From a virus (taxonomy: Duplodnaviria > Caudoviricetes), in the IMG/VR virus record IMGVR_UViG_3300043391_000853, positions 85,818 through 149,817 of that record: DNA of 64,000 nucleotides; one strand, given 5' to 3'. A program made the translations under genes and the position numbers. Positions 20,059 to 29,049 of this stretch are shown piece by piece. Below the pieces are notes generated by a model, which was not told the origin of the DNA, ran no database searches, and worked only from the letters and a program-made list of their open reading frames with translations. Numbering within the stretch: position 1 is the stretch's first letter; each line of letters begins with the position of its first letter.

Positions 20059-20478
20059 TTAAGTATTTAAATTCTGTTTGAACTCCCTATGTAGACCTAG
20101 GGCTTGACCTACACTGGCTGTGTTTCGTGCGCCTTTCTGTGACAGATCGTCCCTATAAAAATGCAGCCTTCCTTTATGTCTTTGTACAAAACATTTATTA
20201 AAACTATATAGCGCAGATATCTCTGCCTTTAAAGCACTAATACCTTTTCTAGCTTTGGGTGTTTTTTCTTTGTACCTATCCACATACAGCTCGTTGAGCT
20301 CGTCTCTGTCTGTAACTTCCTTAAGGTCTTCGAGGGTAAGCTTGTCGCTGTATCCTATCTCTTTCAACAGCCACTTGCGTCCATCAGAATCATTCGATCC
20401 TGTCCTTGCGGAAGGTATCGATACTTCAAACCAGGGTCCTAGCTTACCTAATAATTTTTTAAGTGTTGTGATAGCCAT
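20059..20478 (-). CDS. Hypothetical protein
   Basis: 139-aa ORF abutting both neighbours. Confidence 0.6.
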   Translation of the reverse strand: MAITTLKKLLGKLGPWFEVSIPSARTGSNDSDGRKWLLKEIGYSDKLTLEDLKEVTDRDELNELYVDRYKEKTPKARKGISALKAEISALYSFNKCFVQRHKGRLHFYRDDLSQKGARNTASVGQALGLHREFKQNLNT

Positions 20479-21111
20479 TTATTTCCAGCCTTTAGATAGT
20501 GTTGAGTTTATCAATTTTAGTCTATTATTCAGCGTACTGGTAGATAAATTTAATTTCTTCGCTAAAGCGGCATTATCCAATAGCGGTTTGCCTCCAAACC
20601 CTGTCTTGTGTTCAAATATTAATTTGTCTTTATCTGATAGGTCGTGATAAACAAACTGCACCCACTCGTCATTGGCACTGTTAAAAAGCTCCGGAGCCTC
20701 GAACATAGAGGACATACCTGTCACCGACTTTCGGCTACTAAGCATGTTCTGTGTTATCTTCATACTGAACCCAGAGTGATGCGCTAGCTCTTCAAGCGTA
20801 GGGGCGCGCCCCAATGTATGCTCTAAATCTTTTTCTACCTTCTGTACTTTATTGACACCGAACTGAGTGTTTTCAGGTGAGCGTATTACTGCGCCGTACT
20901 TTGTGGAGAGCCTGGATAACTTTTTTAAGTTGTTAACAAGATGCGTACTGAACTTGAATCCTGAGGATGGATTGTAGGTTTTAGCAGCCTCTCTGGCTAG
21001 CTTATATGCCTCAAGCTGTACTGTTATCAGCGGCAGATTTGAGGCATACCTAGAGGCTTCTAGTTCTATAAGTTTTTTATTATCCTTAATCAGCTTCTCG
21101 ATGTCGTTCAT
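20479..21111 (-). CDS. RNA polymerase sigma70-family factor (group 3, FliA/SigB-like architecture)
   Basis: Region 2 AAKTYNPSSGFKFSTHL, AVIRSP, region 3 LGRAPTLEELA, region 4 LSDKDKLIF...LAKKLNLSTSTLNNRL helix-turn-helix. Confidence 0.88.
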   Translation of the reverse strand: MNDIEKLIKDNKKLIELEASRYASNLPLITVQLEAYKLAREAAKTYNPSSGFKFSTHLVNNLKKLSRLSTKYGAVIRSPENTQFGVNKVQKVEKDLEHTLGRAPTLEELAHHSGFSMKITQNMLSSRKSVTGMSSMFEAPELFNSANDEWVQFVYHDLSDKDKLIFEHKTGFGGKPLLDNAALAKKLNLSTSTLNNRLKLINSTLSKGWK

Positions 21112-21113
21112 AA

Positions 21114-22751
21114 TTAAATGGCTCCCATGTCGCTTAGAAAGGAGACTTGTACACCTTCTTCTTTGCCTGTGTTGTAACCTAAAAATTTGTCTTCAGTTGT
21201 ACCTACGGACTCTTTGCCTATTCTTCCACAGGTATAAGACACAGTTGTTATGGCTGTACCGTTACTGGGTGCAGACATATCTATTCTGTGAGTTACACTT
21301 TGCACATAAAACGTAAGCGTGCATTCAGTCTCTCTCACAAACAATGTTCCGCCTGTCCCTGGTACCCAGTATGGATTAAAGTCCATTGTAATAGATCCTT
21401 GTCTGTCCCCGAATCTGACCTGGTAAAATTTTGTCTCTGCGTAGTTCTTGATCACATCTCCGGCGTAAGAAGATAATGATTCCTTTTTTTCTTTAGCCTT
21501 TTCGGCGTGAGCCGTTTGGGTTTCTGAGGCGGATTGTTCCAGACCTTTCTTTTTACCGTACATGGACTCAGATTTTTTATCCATCTTGTCTGCACCTTTA
21601 GCAGAGTCTCCTGCTGATGGAAACTGAGAAGACAGACACATCCATGGGTGTGCTTGTGCCACATATATTCCAGAAGCTTGCGATAGACCTTTTTCTTCCA
21701 TGAAGAAACCTGCTCCTCCTGTTTCCCAGGACAGTCCTCCTAGAGAGGCTCCTCCTACGTAACCGTCTGTAGAGACTACAACACCGGCCACGTCTCTGTA
21801 ACCGTTGTCATTGTAGTGATAACTTACATAGTCTGCCGGTCCTGCTGCGTTAGGCGCAGATTGCAGTTTCCCTTTTGAAGGCGCTCCTCCCTTCTTTTTA
21901 AGTACAGAATTCTCAGGAACTACATAAGCGCTTTCGTTGCTGAAAATCAACGAGCATCCTATAGACGACAGGAAGTGCATATAATGCTCAAGCAGTACGT
22001 TGGGTGCACTTTTCCATGTACGTTCTAGAGAATTAAGTACATCGTTCCTTCCTACAGTTAGGGCTTCTATTGTTCCTCCATTGACTGCAGAGATGTCTAT
22101 ATTCTCTAATATTTTAAGTCCTTCCGTAACGTTCTTTTGATAGCGGTCGTCATTGAAAATTGCTCCAAATGGTGTAGATTTATCTATTACCTTGTCTCTA
22201 CCTACAAAAGTTTCCCACCCACTTTTCTGCTTATTTAAAACTTTTTTAAGTAAATTAGTGTAAAACTCTATTGAGGATACCTCCACATCCTCTCCTTCAG
22301 TAAGAGGTGACCAACTCTTGACTTGTGCTGTTTCAGACTGTCCATTACCCACCAACGCATAAGAGGGATTTCGGTAAACATTAATTCCTGCAGGATGCAT
22401 GCCCGGAGTTAATGTGGTGAGTTCTAGCAAGCGTTGTGCTTTGTTTTTAATGATTGCTTGATAGCTATTCGAGCCTACCGAATTAACCACCGTCATTCCA
22501 TCTAAGAGTCCTTTAAATTCTATGGTTCTAGTTACATGGTCATCCATGCTGCTTACATAAGTCTTAACCTCGATACTTACAGAAGCCTCCTTTCTCTTCA
22601 TGCTGTCGACATCTCCAAACCCTCCTTCGTCTGGTGCTAGGTCTACCGCAGCTGTAGGTATACTACCTACTTGGTATGTTATCGTGCAGCCTACCGGTGT
22701 GCCTCCGGGCATGCCTGAGGCTGTCATTTTTACATCTGTGTGTTTGCCCAT
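21114..22751 (-). CDS. Baseplate hub (gp27/gpD-like)
   Basis: FKGLLDG near the N-terminus; RQGSITMDFNPYWVPG...FYVQSVTHRI near the C-terminus; downstream of the tape measure gene. Confidence 0.6.
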   Translation of the reverse strand: MGKHTDVKMTASGMPGGTPVGCTITYQVGSIPTAAVDLAPDEGGFGDVDSMKRKEASVSIEVKTYVSSMDDHVTRTIEFKGLLDGMTVVNSVGSNSYQAIIKNKAQRLLELTTLTPGMHPAGINVYRNPSYALVGNGQSETAQVKSWSPLTEGEDVEVSSIEFYTNLLKKVLNKQKSGWETFVGRDKVIDKSTPFGAIFNDDRYQKNVTEGLKILENIDISAVNGGTIEALTVGRNDVLNSLERTWKSAPNVLLEHYMHFLSSIGCSLIFSNESAYVVPENSVLKKKGGAPSKGKLQSAPNAAGPADYVSYHYNDNGYRDVAGVVVSTDGYVGGASLGGLSWETGGAGFFMEEKGLSQASGIYVAQAHPWMCLSSQFPSAGDSAKGADKMDKKSESMYGKKKGLEQSASETQTAHAEKAKEKKESLSSYAGDVIKNYAETKFYQVRFGDRQGSITMDFNPYWVPGTGGTLFVRETECTLTFYVQSVTHRIDMSAPSNGTAITTVSYTCGRIGKESVGTTEDKFLGYNTGKEEGVQVSFLSDMGAI

Positions 22752-23686
22752 ACTAAGTTAACCCTTTCTACATACGCCAAGATGAGCCCGACCATTTTAT
22801 AAACGTCATTATGATGCATTTGCCATAAACGCTCATAGGTTAGATTGCACGAGTCTCTTTTATACGTTAGCATGTTATCGACGACGCGACTAGAGATATT
22901 AAGTTCTTTTAGCTTCTCATTGAAGTCAAAAACAAATGGAGCTTCTACTGAAAAACTCCAGCGCTTATCCGCTGTAGACATGAAGTAATCTAAAGGCCCT
23001 GTTATAGAAAAGAACAGGCCGGTGCCTCCAATATAGATTTCCTTTGATACTCGTCCGTCTGACTGTGTTGCTGAAAGCGTGCTCGACATTCCTGCAGGGT
23101 TTTTCGACATTTTGGCTCCCTGCTTGTAGTACATGTTTTGCGTATTAGAATATACAAGCACTTCTCTAGAGTCGTTGACTTGATACACTGTGAAAGTATT
23201 CCTGTAACTATTCGCAGTGATATCGTTCGCGTATTTTCCTGACAGGAGTAATTGATACTCTGTGTTTGTAGGAACGAAATTCGTGGTTTTATTAAATCTA
23301 AAATAATCTTTAATGTCTGAAAGATCATAAGATATTCTACTATCGTAGTTTTTAATCTCTGTACCTCGATCCGTGCTGTCGAGCAGCCTTAAGTAGCTAT
23401 ATAGTAAGAATATCTTGTAGTAGTTCGACGAACCTTCAGGAAACAGTACATTATAAAATTGCTGGAGTTCAGTGGGCAGGTTGAGTTGTACGTAGTTTCT
23501 GTCTATAAGAACGCTGTAAGCTTTTGACTTTGTGTGTACGAGCTCGTAAGCGTCCGTAATTATTGTCTCCATACGGCTGGAGCGTACAGGCAGTATGTTG
23601 CCAATATCTATAGCGTAGTAATCTTTAACGCTACTAGAGTAGTCTAAATTTAAATTGCTTAGCAATGTAGCGAAATGATTTATCAT
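22730..23686 (-). CDS. Hypothetical tail/baseplate protein
   Basis: 318-aa ORF in the tail operon. Confidence 0.55.
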   Translation of the reverse strand: MINHFATLLSNLNLDYSSSVKDYYAIDIGNILPVRSSRMETIITDAYELVHTKSKAYSVLIDRNYVQLNLPTELQQFYNVLFPEGSSNYYKIFLLYSYLRLLDSTDRGTEIKNYDSRISYDLSDIKDYFRFNKTTNFVPTNTEYQLLLSGKYANDITANSYRNTFTVYQVNDSREVLVYSNTQNMYYKQGAKMSKNPAGMSSTLSATQSDGRVSKEIYIGGTGLFFSITGPLDYFMSTADKRWSFSVEAPFVFDFNEKLKELNISSRVVDNMLTYKRDSCNLTYERLWQMHHNDVYKMVGLILAYVERVNLVWANTQM

Positions 23687-23691
23687 AACGG

Positions 23692-24138
23692 TTACAGCTG
23701 GTGATTTACGACTGAGAATGTGAACACAAACTGAGCCATAGTGTCAGGTTCGCTCAGTACGGTTATTTGTGCTGTGGTTAGGATGGCTGTGACTGTTACA
23801 GATCCTACAGTCATGGATTTAGGTTTGCCTCTAAGCGAACTAACAGCTGATGCAAATTTTGGAGCTCCTGGCAAGCTGCTCTTGCAGTCACTATACATGG
23901 TTCCTTGTACCTGTATGGAGCCTACACCCTTACCGAAATGTATATACTTGGTTACGTCGTCAAAGGTTAAGAAGTATTGAATAGTTTCATTCAACATTAG
24001 ACTTACTGAGTCATACACAGCTAGTCCTCCCTTTCCGACAATATTGTCGACCCCAGGAATCTTGATTAGCCCGTCGGCTCCTCCGCCTCCGCTTTTGAAG
24101 AGATCGTTTGATGAGTTGGTGTACATGTAGGCTGCCAT
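23692..24138 (-). CDS. Tail tube-like initiator protein (gp48/gp54-like)
   Basis: 148-aa beta-rich protein directly after the tape measure gene; pattern loosely like the tube protein at 31513. Confidence 0.5.
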   Translation of the reverse strand: MAAYMYTNSSNDLFKSGGGGADGLIKIPGVDNIVGKGGLAVYDSVSLMLNETIQYFLTFDDVTKYIHFGKGVGSIQVQGTMYSDCKSSLPGAPKFASAVSSLRGKPKSMTVGSVTVTAILTTAQITVLSEPDTMAQFVFTFSVVNHQL

Positions 24139-24153
24139 AATATTTATTATCTT

Positions 24154-27100
24154 TTATTTTAAAGCGTCAGCAAGCCTGCCTAGCTGAGTGGCGATATTTC
24201 CGCCTGATTTAATCCCATCTGTCAGCAGTGTGATTATCTTGGCTAACTCTGCCATCGGTCCTCCTGCTGCTCCTCCCGCTCCGTCTCCTCCTGTAGCTGC
24301 GGCCTCGGCTTGAGCTTTCCTTATCGATTCATCTGTCTCGTCTACCTGCTTTTTGATGGCGGCTTTCTCTTTTTCATGTCCTTCTTGATTAAAGTAATTG
24401 GTCTTATCCCCTTTGTTTTCTGGTTTAAGACTTTCGCGATAGGCGGCTATCGTTGCTGATGCATCTCCTCCGTGACCTTTTAGGGCTGCGGCTATGCGAT
24501 CGCTTTCCTCGCCACCGGGACTAGTGCCCTGTTTTTCAAGGTTTTTAGCTAGTTTATCCTCTTCGTTAGCCTTGATTTCACCCATCGCGGACGCGACATT
24601 GGTATTTACTTGGCCTTGCAATACTGCAGCTGCTGCGTCTTTAATCCCCCCTTTCTGTGCACGCTTATATATTTCGTCGTCCTGCAGATGGCCCATTCCA
24701 CTAGCTCTTTTAAGGTGTCCTAGCTCCTCTTTTTCTTCAGCACTTAGACCTTTCTTGTTTTGCAACTCATCTAAGCGAGCTCGGGCTTTTTTAGAAGTAT
24801 CTAATGTGCCTGCAACGTCTTTGAGATACTGTCCTGTTTGCTGGTATTCCTCTCCTGTAAACCCTCCCTGTTTTAGTGTATCTAATGTTTTTTTGGCTTC
24901 TACTTTTTCTGCGGCTGTACCGTTTTGCAGTTTGTCTTCAGCTGCTGTCCTACGAGCCTCAAGTACTTTATTAAGTTCCTTGGCGTAGTTGCCTTCTTTT
25001 ACAAGTTGCTTGTCTGTCTTATCTTCTCCACCCATTCTTGCGAGTTCTCCTCCAGATACTCTGGCCTGCTCCATTATGTCTTTTGACTTCTGGGACATTG
25101 TATCAGTTGTGGCAAGAATGCCTACCATTGCTTCTGCAGTGCCTGCGAAGTCTTTACCTTCCGCTAAAGCACTCACTGCTTGTGTGATGATTGGTGCATG
25201 AGCAGCATCTAATTTTTTAGATACCTTTTTATCTTGCTCGGCTTGTCTTTCTACCTCCGCATCGAACTCTGCTAGTTTAGCTTTTGCCTGTTCAGGATTG
25301 AGACCTTTGGTAATTTTTGATCTCATGAACTGCTGCTGCAGAAAGGGTTTATATTGACTGAATAGTGCCTGTCCCTGTGGGGTAAGGTCTTTAATAATAT
25401 TCTGCGCTGCAAACTCGTCAAACGTACCCTCAAAATCGGCGTACTTAGCCTCCAAGGCTTCTTGTGACGTTTCTCCGTCTTTTCCTCCAAGGTGTCTAAG
25501 TCCTGAGTAGAACCCTTTCACAGCACCTTCTCGTGCAGCTGTACCTGTAACGGCGTCGGATATCTTTTTTTGCCTCATCCCTTCTCTTGCTAAAAGAGGG
25601 TTGCTGCCTGCTCTTACAACGCTATTAATATCCGTCCCGAGAATGTCTGCGATGCCTTGCATCTTGTCTTTATCGTCAAGATCTGCTCCTGTAATGCCTT
25701 TATCGTAAATTGCCTTCAGTTTTTCAAACTGCTCAGGAGTCTTTGCTAAAGCTAGTGTCGCCGCCTGAAATTGCCCCATGCCTGATTGCGCGAAAGCTAA
25801 TGAGGACTTGATATTTTCCGCAGCTATACCTTGATTTGCTCCTGCTGCCCGGTATTCCTCTGGCTTCATGTACTTACCCATTGTGGCTGCAGTACCTAAA
25901 GCCTTCATGGTCATGTCGGTACTGGTACCTGCATTCATGTACTGTAGCTGAGGATTATTTTTGGCTAAATCTTTCGCAGACTCTATGATTTGGAGCATCG
26001 AAGATATACTCACCCCTGCTACCCGTGCAGTAGCCTTAGCTTTTCGTAGAAGCATCTCTACCTCTTCGGAGCCTTTCGCAGAGCTTAGATCTCCTCCTTC
26101 TGAGCCTACGATCGAGCTGATGTCTTGTACAAGCGCACTAGCATCTTTTTTTCCAAAAATAGATCGTGCTGCCGATAGTGCTCCTCCTGCGTTTTTGTAA
26201 AAATCTCCTGTTGCGTCGGCTATGCTGCCTCCTCGTCTGTCACCAGTCATGCGTAGCTCTGAAGCCTTACTGGAAGCTCTTTCAAGCTCGTCAAATTTGA
26301 ACCCTCTGGTGTTCTCAAAATTGATGCTTTTGTAGCGTATGCCTATCTCTTTTGCAGCTTCGGCTGTCTTAAGTTGCGCCTCCAAGGGATCAATTTTTGC
26401 TGACTGATTTATAATTTTACGTGCCTTATCAACGTTAACATTATCGTCTTTGTCCAAAACCTTCTGCTCCCTCAATTGCTCTATAGTCTTGCCGTAGCCT
26501 ACACCAGGAGTTTTGCTTGTAAGTATGTCTTTTAACTTTTTGTTTGCCTTTTCCTTTTCCTTGTCGTCTCCGTCATCGTTAGCTGACTCTAATTCGTCCA
26601 CTGCTCTACGAGCGTTACCAGCTAGTCTGTCCTTAACATACCTATTGGATTTAATTCTCTCCGCTTCTGGATTACTTGAGGCTGTAGGTGTACGAGATTC
26701 TTCAAACTCCTTTAATTTGGTTTGCGCTTTATCGGCATCTAGAAGACCGTCACTTTTTCTCAATTGCGCTAGCTGTTGAGGAGTTACAACTTTATTCTCC
26801 AGAAGCTTCTTTTCAAGCTCCTTGCTGGCTTCTACTTTTTGAGCCTTTTCCTTAGGTGTTTCAATCTTGTCTAGCGCGTTACGTAGTAAATTTGTATCCA
26901 ACAAAGGTGGTTGACCTTTTGGCTTTCCTCTTTCTTGTAGTGCGGCCACGTCTCTGTCGCTCCATTTCTGCTTCTTGAGAGTGGCGCGCATCTCCTTGTC
27001 TGCCGCTTCAATTGCGCTGGGGTCGGCGGCAGGGTTATCCTTCGCCTGTACCAGTTTACTGTAGGCCTCTTCAACTATAGCTCTTCCAGTTCTTCTGTTC

Positions 27101-28158
27101 GGATCCTGTCCCGGCTCTTCTCCGGTTCTAAGTCGCTGTATAGCTCCGTTGACTGTGGCCACCATACTTTTTTTAGCTGCCGCAGCTTCTGCTGTCTCTG
27201 GAGCTGGACCTTTTTCTTCATATCTACTAAACAGCTCTTTAACTTTTTGAGGGTCCATCAGTCCGTTAGATCCTCTTGCCTGTTCTATCTGATCAGAGGA
27301 GGCCACTCTAAAGGCTTTCAATTGCTCCTCGAGTCGAGAATTCAGGGCTTTCTGGATGTCCTTGTCTGACTCGTTGAGCATGTTGGTAACATCGCTTCCT
27401 AACGATGCCGATTTGGATACCCTTTCCTTCTTGATTGCTTCTGAGGCGGACTCTCCTCCTGTGAGGTCATACTTATCAATCTGTGCCGACAGCTCGGATT
27501 GATTTGCGGTCAGATTTCCTTTCTTGTCTTTACTTATCCCTGTGAAGCCTAGTCCCTGCAGATACTCTAGGGACTCTTGTGAGCCTTTATCTAACTCAGA
27601 CCGCAGATGTGTTCGTACATTTTTTTGTATGTCTGTACGTATACCTGTTTGACCTTCTGAGTCCTCCCAGTTTTGAGTTTTATAGAAGTTCTCTCCTGCC
27701 TTCTGCATTGCCTCCATGGTCTCGCCTTCGGTAATGCTGCTAAACCTGCCGAAGTTGCCCATAGTGGCACCTCCAGCCATGCTGGCATACATATGCATGC
27801 TGGCTGCCATGGGATTGCCTCCGATGGCAGGAGATAGTAGGTTCGCGGCAGCGCTATCAGGAGATCCCATCAATCCTCCCATCAATTTAGCTGCCGGTGA
27901 ACCCTCGACACCTAAGCTAGAAAATAGCGGGTTGTTTGCAAAAGACGCACGCTGCAGACTCATGAAATGTCCTGTACGCTCTTTCTGTATCAATGCGTCA
28001 TACATGCTTTGACCGTTTTCCGGCTCAGGCATATAGTTTCTGCTGAAAGCCATGTTGCCCATTATATTTAACAGCGGATTACTTCCGTAGCTTCTCCCCA
28101 TTGGGGAGTAGCGGGAATAACCCCCGAACGGGTTTAGTGGGTCAACGTCGTCTTGCAT
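24154..28158 (-). CDS. Tape measure protein
   Basis: 1334-aa Ala/Lys/Glu/Gln-rich helical protein directly after the frameshifted chaperone pair. Confidence 0.8.
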   Translation of the reverse strand: MQDDVDPLNPFGGYSRYSPMGRSYGSNPLLNIMGNMAFSRNYMPEPENGQSMYDALIQKERTGHFMSLQRASFANNPLFSSLGVEGSPAAKLMGGLMGSPDSAAANLLSPAIGGNPMAASMHMYASMAGGATMGNFGRFSSITEGETMEAMQKAGENFYKTQNWEDSEGQTGIRTDIQKNVRTHLRSELDKGSQESLEYLQGLGFTGISKDKKGNLTANQSELSAQIDKYDLTGGESASEAIKKERVSKSASLGSDVTNMLNESDKDIQKALNSRLEEQLKAFRVASSDQIEQARGSNGLMDPQKVKELFSRYEEKGPAPETAEAAAAKKSMVATVNGAIQRLRTGEEPGQDPNRRTGRAIVEEAYSKLVQAKDNPAADPSAIEAADKEMRATLKKQKWSDRDVAALQERGKPKGQPPLLDTNLLRNALDKIETPKEKAQKVEASKELEKKLLENKVVTPQQLAQLRKSDGLLDADKAQTKLKEFEESRTPTASSNPEAERIKSNRYVKDRLAGNARRAVDELESANDDGDDKEKEKANKKLKDILTSKTPGVGYGKTIEQLREQKVLDKDDNVNVDKARKIINQSAKIDPLEAQLKTAEAAKEIGIRYKSINFENTRGFKFDELERASSKASELRMTGDRRGGSIADATGDFYKNAGGALSAARSIFGKKDASALVQDISSIVGSEGGDLSSAKGSEEVEMLLRKAKATARVAGVSISSMLQIIESAKDLAKNNPQLQYMNAGTSTDMTMKALGTAATMGKYMKPEEYRAAGANQGIAAENIKSSLAFAQSGMGQFQAATLALAKTPEQFEKLKAIYDKGITGADLDDKDKMQGIADILGTDINSVVRAGSNPLLAREGMRQKKISDAVTGTAAREGAVKGFYSGLRHLGGKDGETSQEALEAKYADFEGTFDEFAAQNIIKDLTPQGQALFSQYKPFLQQQFMRSKITKGLNPEQAKAKLAEFDAEVERQAEQDKKVSKKLDAAHAPIITQAVSALAEGKDFAGTAEAMVGILATTDTMSQKSKDIMEQARVSGGELARMGGEDKTDKQLVKEGNYAKELNKVLEARRTAAEDKLQNGTAAEKVEAKKTLDTLKQGGFTGEEYQQTGQYLKDVAGTLDTSKKARARLDELQNKKGLSAEEKEELGHLKRASGMGHLQDDEIYKRAQKGGIKDAAAAVLQGQVNTNVASAMGEIKANEEDKLAKNLEKQGTSPGGEESDRIAAALKGHGGDASATIAAYRESLKPENKGDKTNYFNQEGHEKEKAAIKKQVDETDESIRKAQAEAAATGGDGAGGAAGGPMAELAKIITLLTDGIKSGGNIATQLGRLADALK

Positions 28159-28160
28159 CT

Positions 28161-28538
28161 TTATTTTTTATCTTTATTAAAGCGCTCTTTTGCTGCAGCT
28201 ATAGTAGCCTTCCACTCCTGAATATTCTCAGGAGTCAGCTCCATATCTTTCGATATGCTTTTTTCTTTTATTTTATCTTTTAATCGTGTAGAAGGCAATT
28301 TTATTCCCAGCAGCGTATCCTTGGTCTCATAGATAGGGTCTAGATTTCTACTCTGCATACCGGCACGAAGCACCGTTTCAATAAATAGCTTATGCTCTAG
28401 AGCATCGTGCCATTTAGATTCTTCTATATGCTCGAGAATTAGTTCCTCTCTGAGATATGAGGAGTCTAGAGGATATTTAAAACTGAGCCAGCCTCGCAAG
28501 TAACCTTCAGTGAGGTGTTTTACGCGCTGGCCTTCCAA
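28161..28538 (-). CDS. Tail assembly chaperone C-terminal (GT-type) extension, made by -1 frameshift
   Basis: Has only a TTG start; lies in the -1 frame of the upstream ORF at slippery heptamer A AAT TTT. Confidence 0.75.
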   Translation of the reverse strand: MEGQRVKHLTEGYLRGWLSFKYPLDSSYLREELILEHIEESKWHDALEHKLFIETVLRAGMQSRNLDPIYETKDTLLGIKLPSTRLKDKIKEKSISKDMELTPENIQEWKATIAAAKERFNKDKK

Positions 28539-29047
28539 AAATTTCTGTTCTGTACCTCACGAGTAAGCGTTAGCATTTTGCTCTCAAACTGTTTGAACGC
28601 GTCCAGATATGCGGACAATTTTGGTGTAGCCCAATCAAGCATAGGGCTAGTCCTGGCAAGAATATAGGTGTCCTTGTCCGATGCAGGCTTGAAGGTTCCT
28701 TTTGAGATATCGGAATATGTTACCCCGTTAATTTGTTTTAACGAGACTGCTAGTCTATAGGAAGCAATGGTTACCAGGTAGGCGTCATTTTCTGCGGCGG
28801 TTCCGTTTTTTCTATCCAGTACTATCTGTCCGACAATATCTGAGTTCTCTTGTACTGACATGGCCTGAAACGTCAGTTTCAACTTCCCGTCGAACAGGTT
28901 CACCGTTTCTTCGTAAGGAGAGTCAGACAAAATACTTTTAAAGAAATTTTCTTTGTCTTCTTCAGTAATCTGAGGGATGTAGTTTAACTCAGTATCCATA
29001 TCTACAGATGGATTAATTAGTGTCTCTGTTTCGTTTGATTCGTCCAT
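28520..29047 (-). CDS. Tail assembly chaperone (G-type)
   Basis: Upstream of the tape measure gene; ends NRNFWKASA across the slippery site. Confidence 0.75.
   Translation of the reverse strand: MDESNETETLINPSVDMDTELNYIPQITEEDKENFFKSILSDSPYEETVNLFDGKLKLTFQAMSVQENSDIVGQIVLDRKNGTAAENDAYLVTIASYRLAVSLKQINGVTYSDISKGTFKPASDKDTYILARTSPMLDWATPKLSAYLDAFKQFESKMLTLTREVQNRNFWKASA
28538..28544 (-). promoter_or_regulatory. -1 programmed ribosomal frameshift heptamer AAAUUUU
   Basis: Minus strand AGA AAT TTT TGG fits X XXY YYZ; the -1 frame reads KFLEGQRVKHL, i.e. the next ORF. Confidence 0.8.
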
Positions 29048-29049
29048 AA

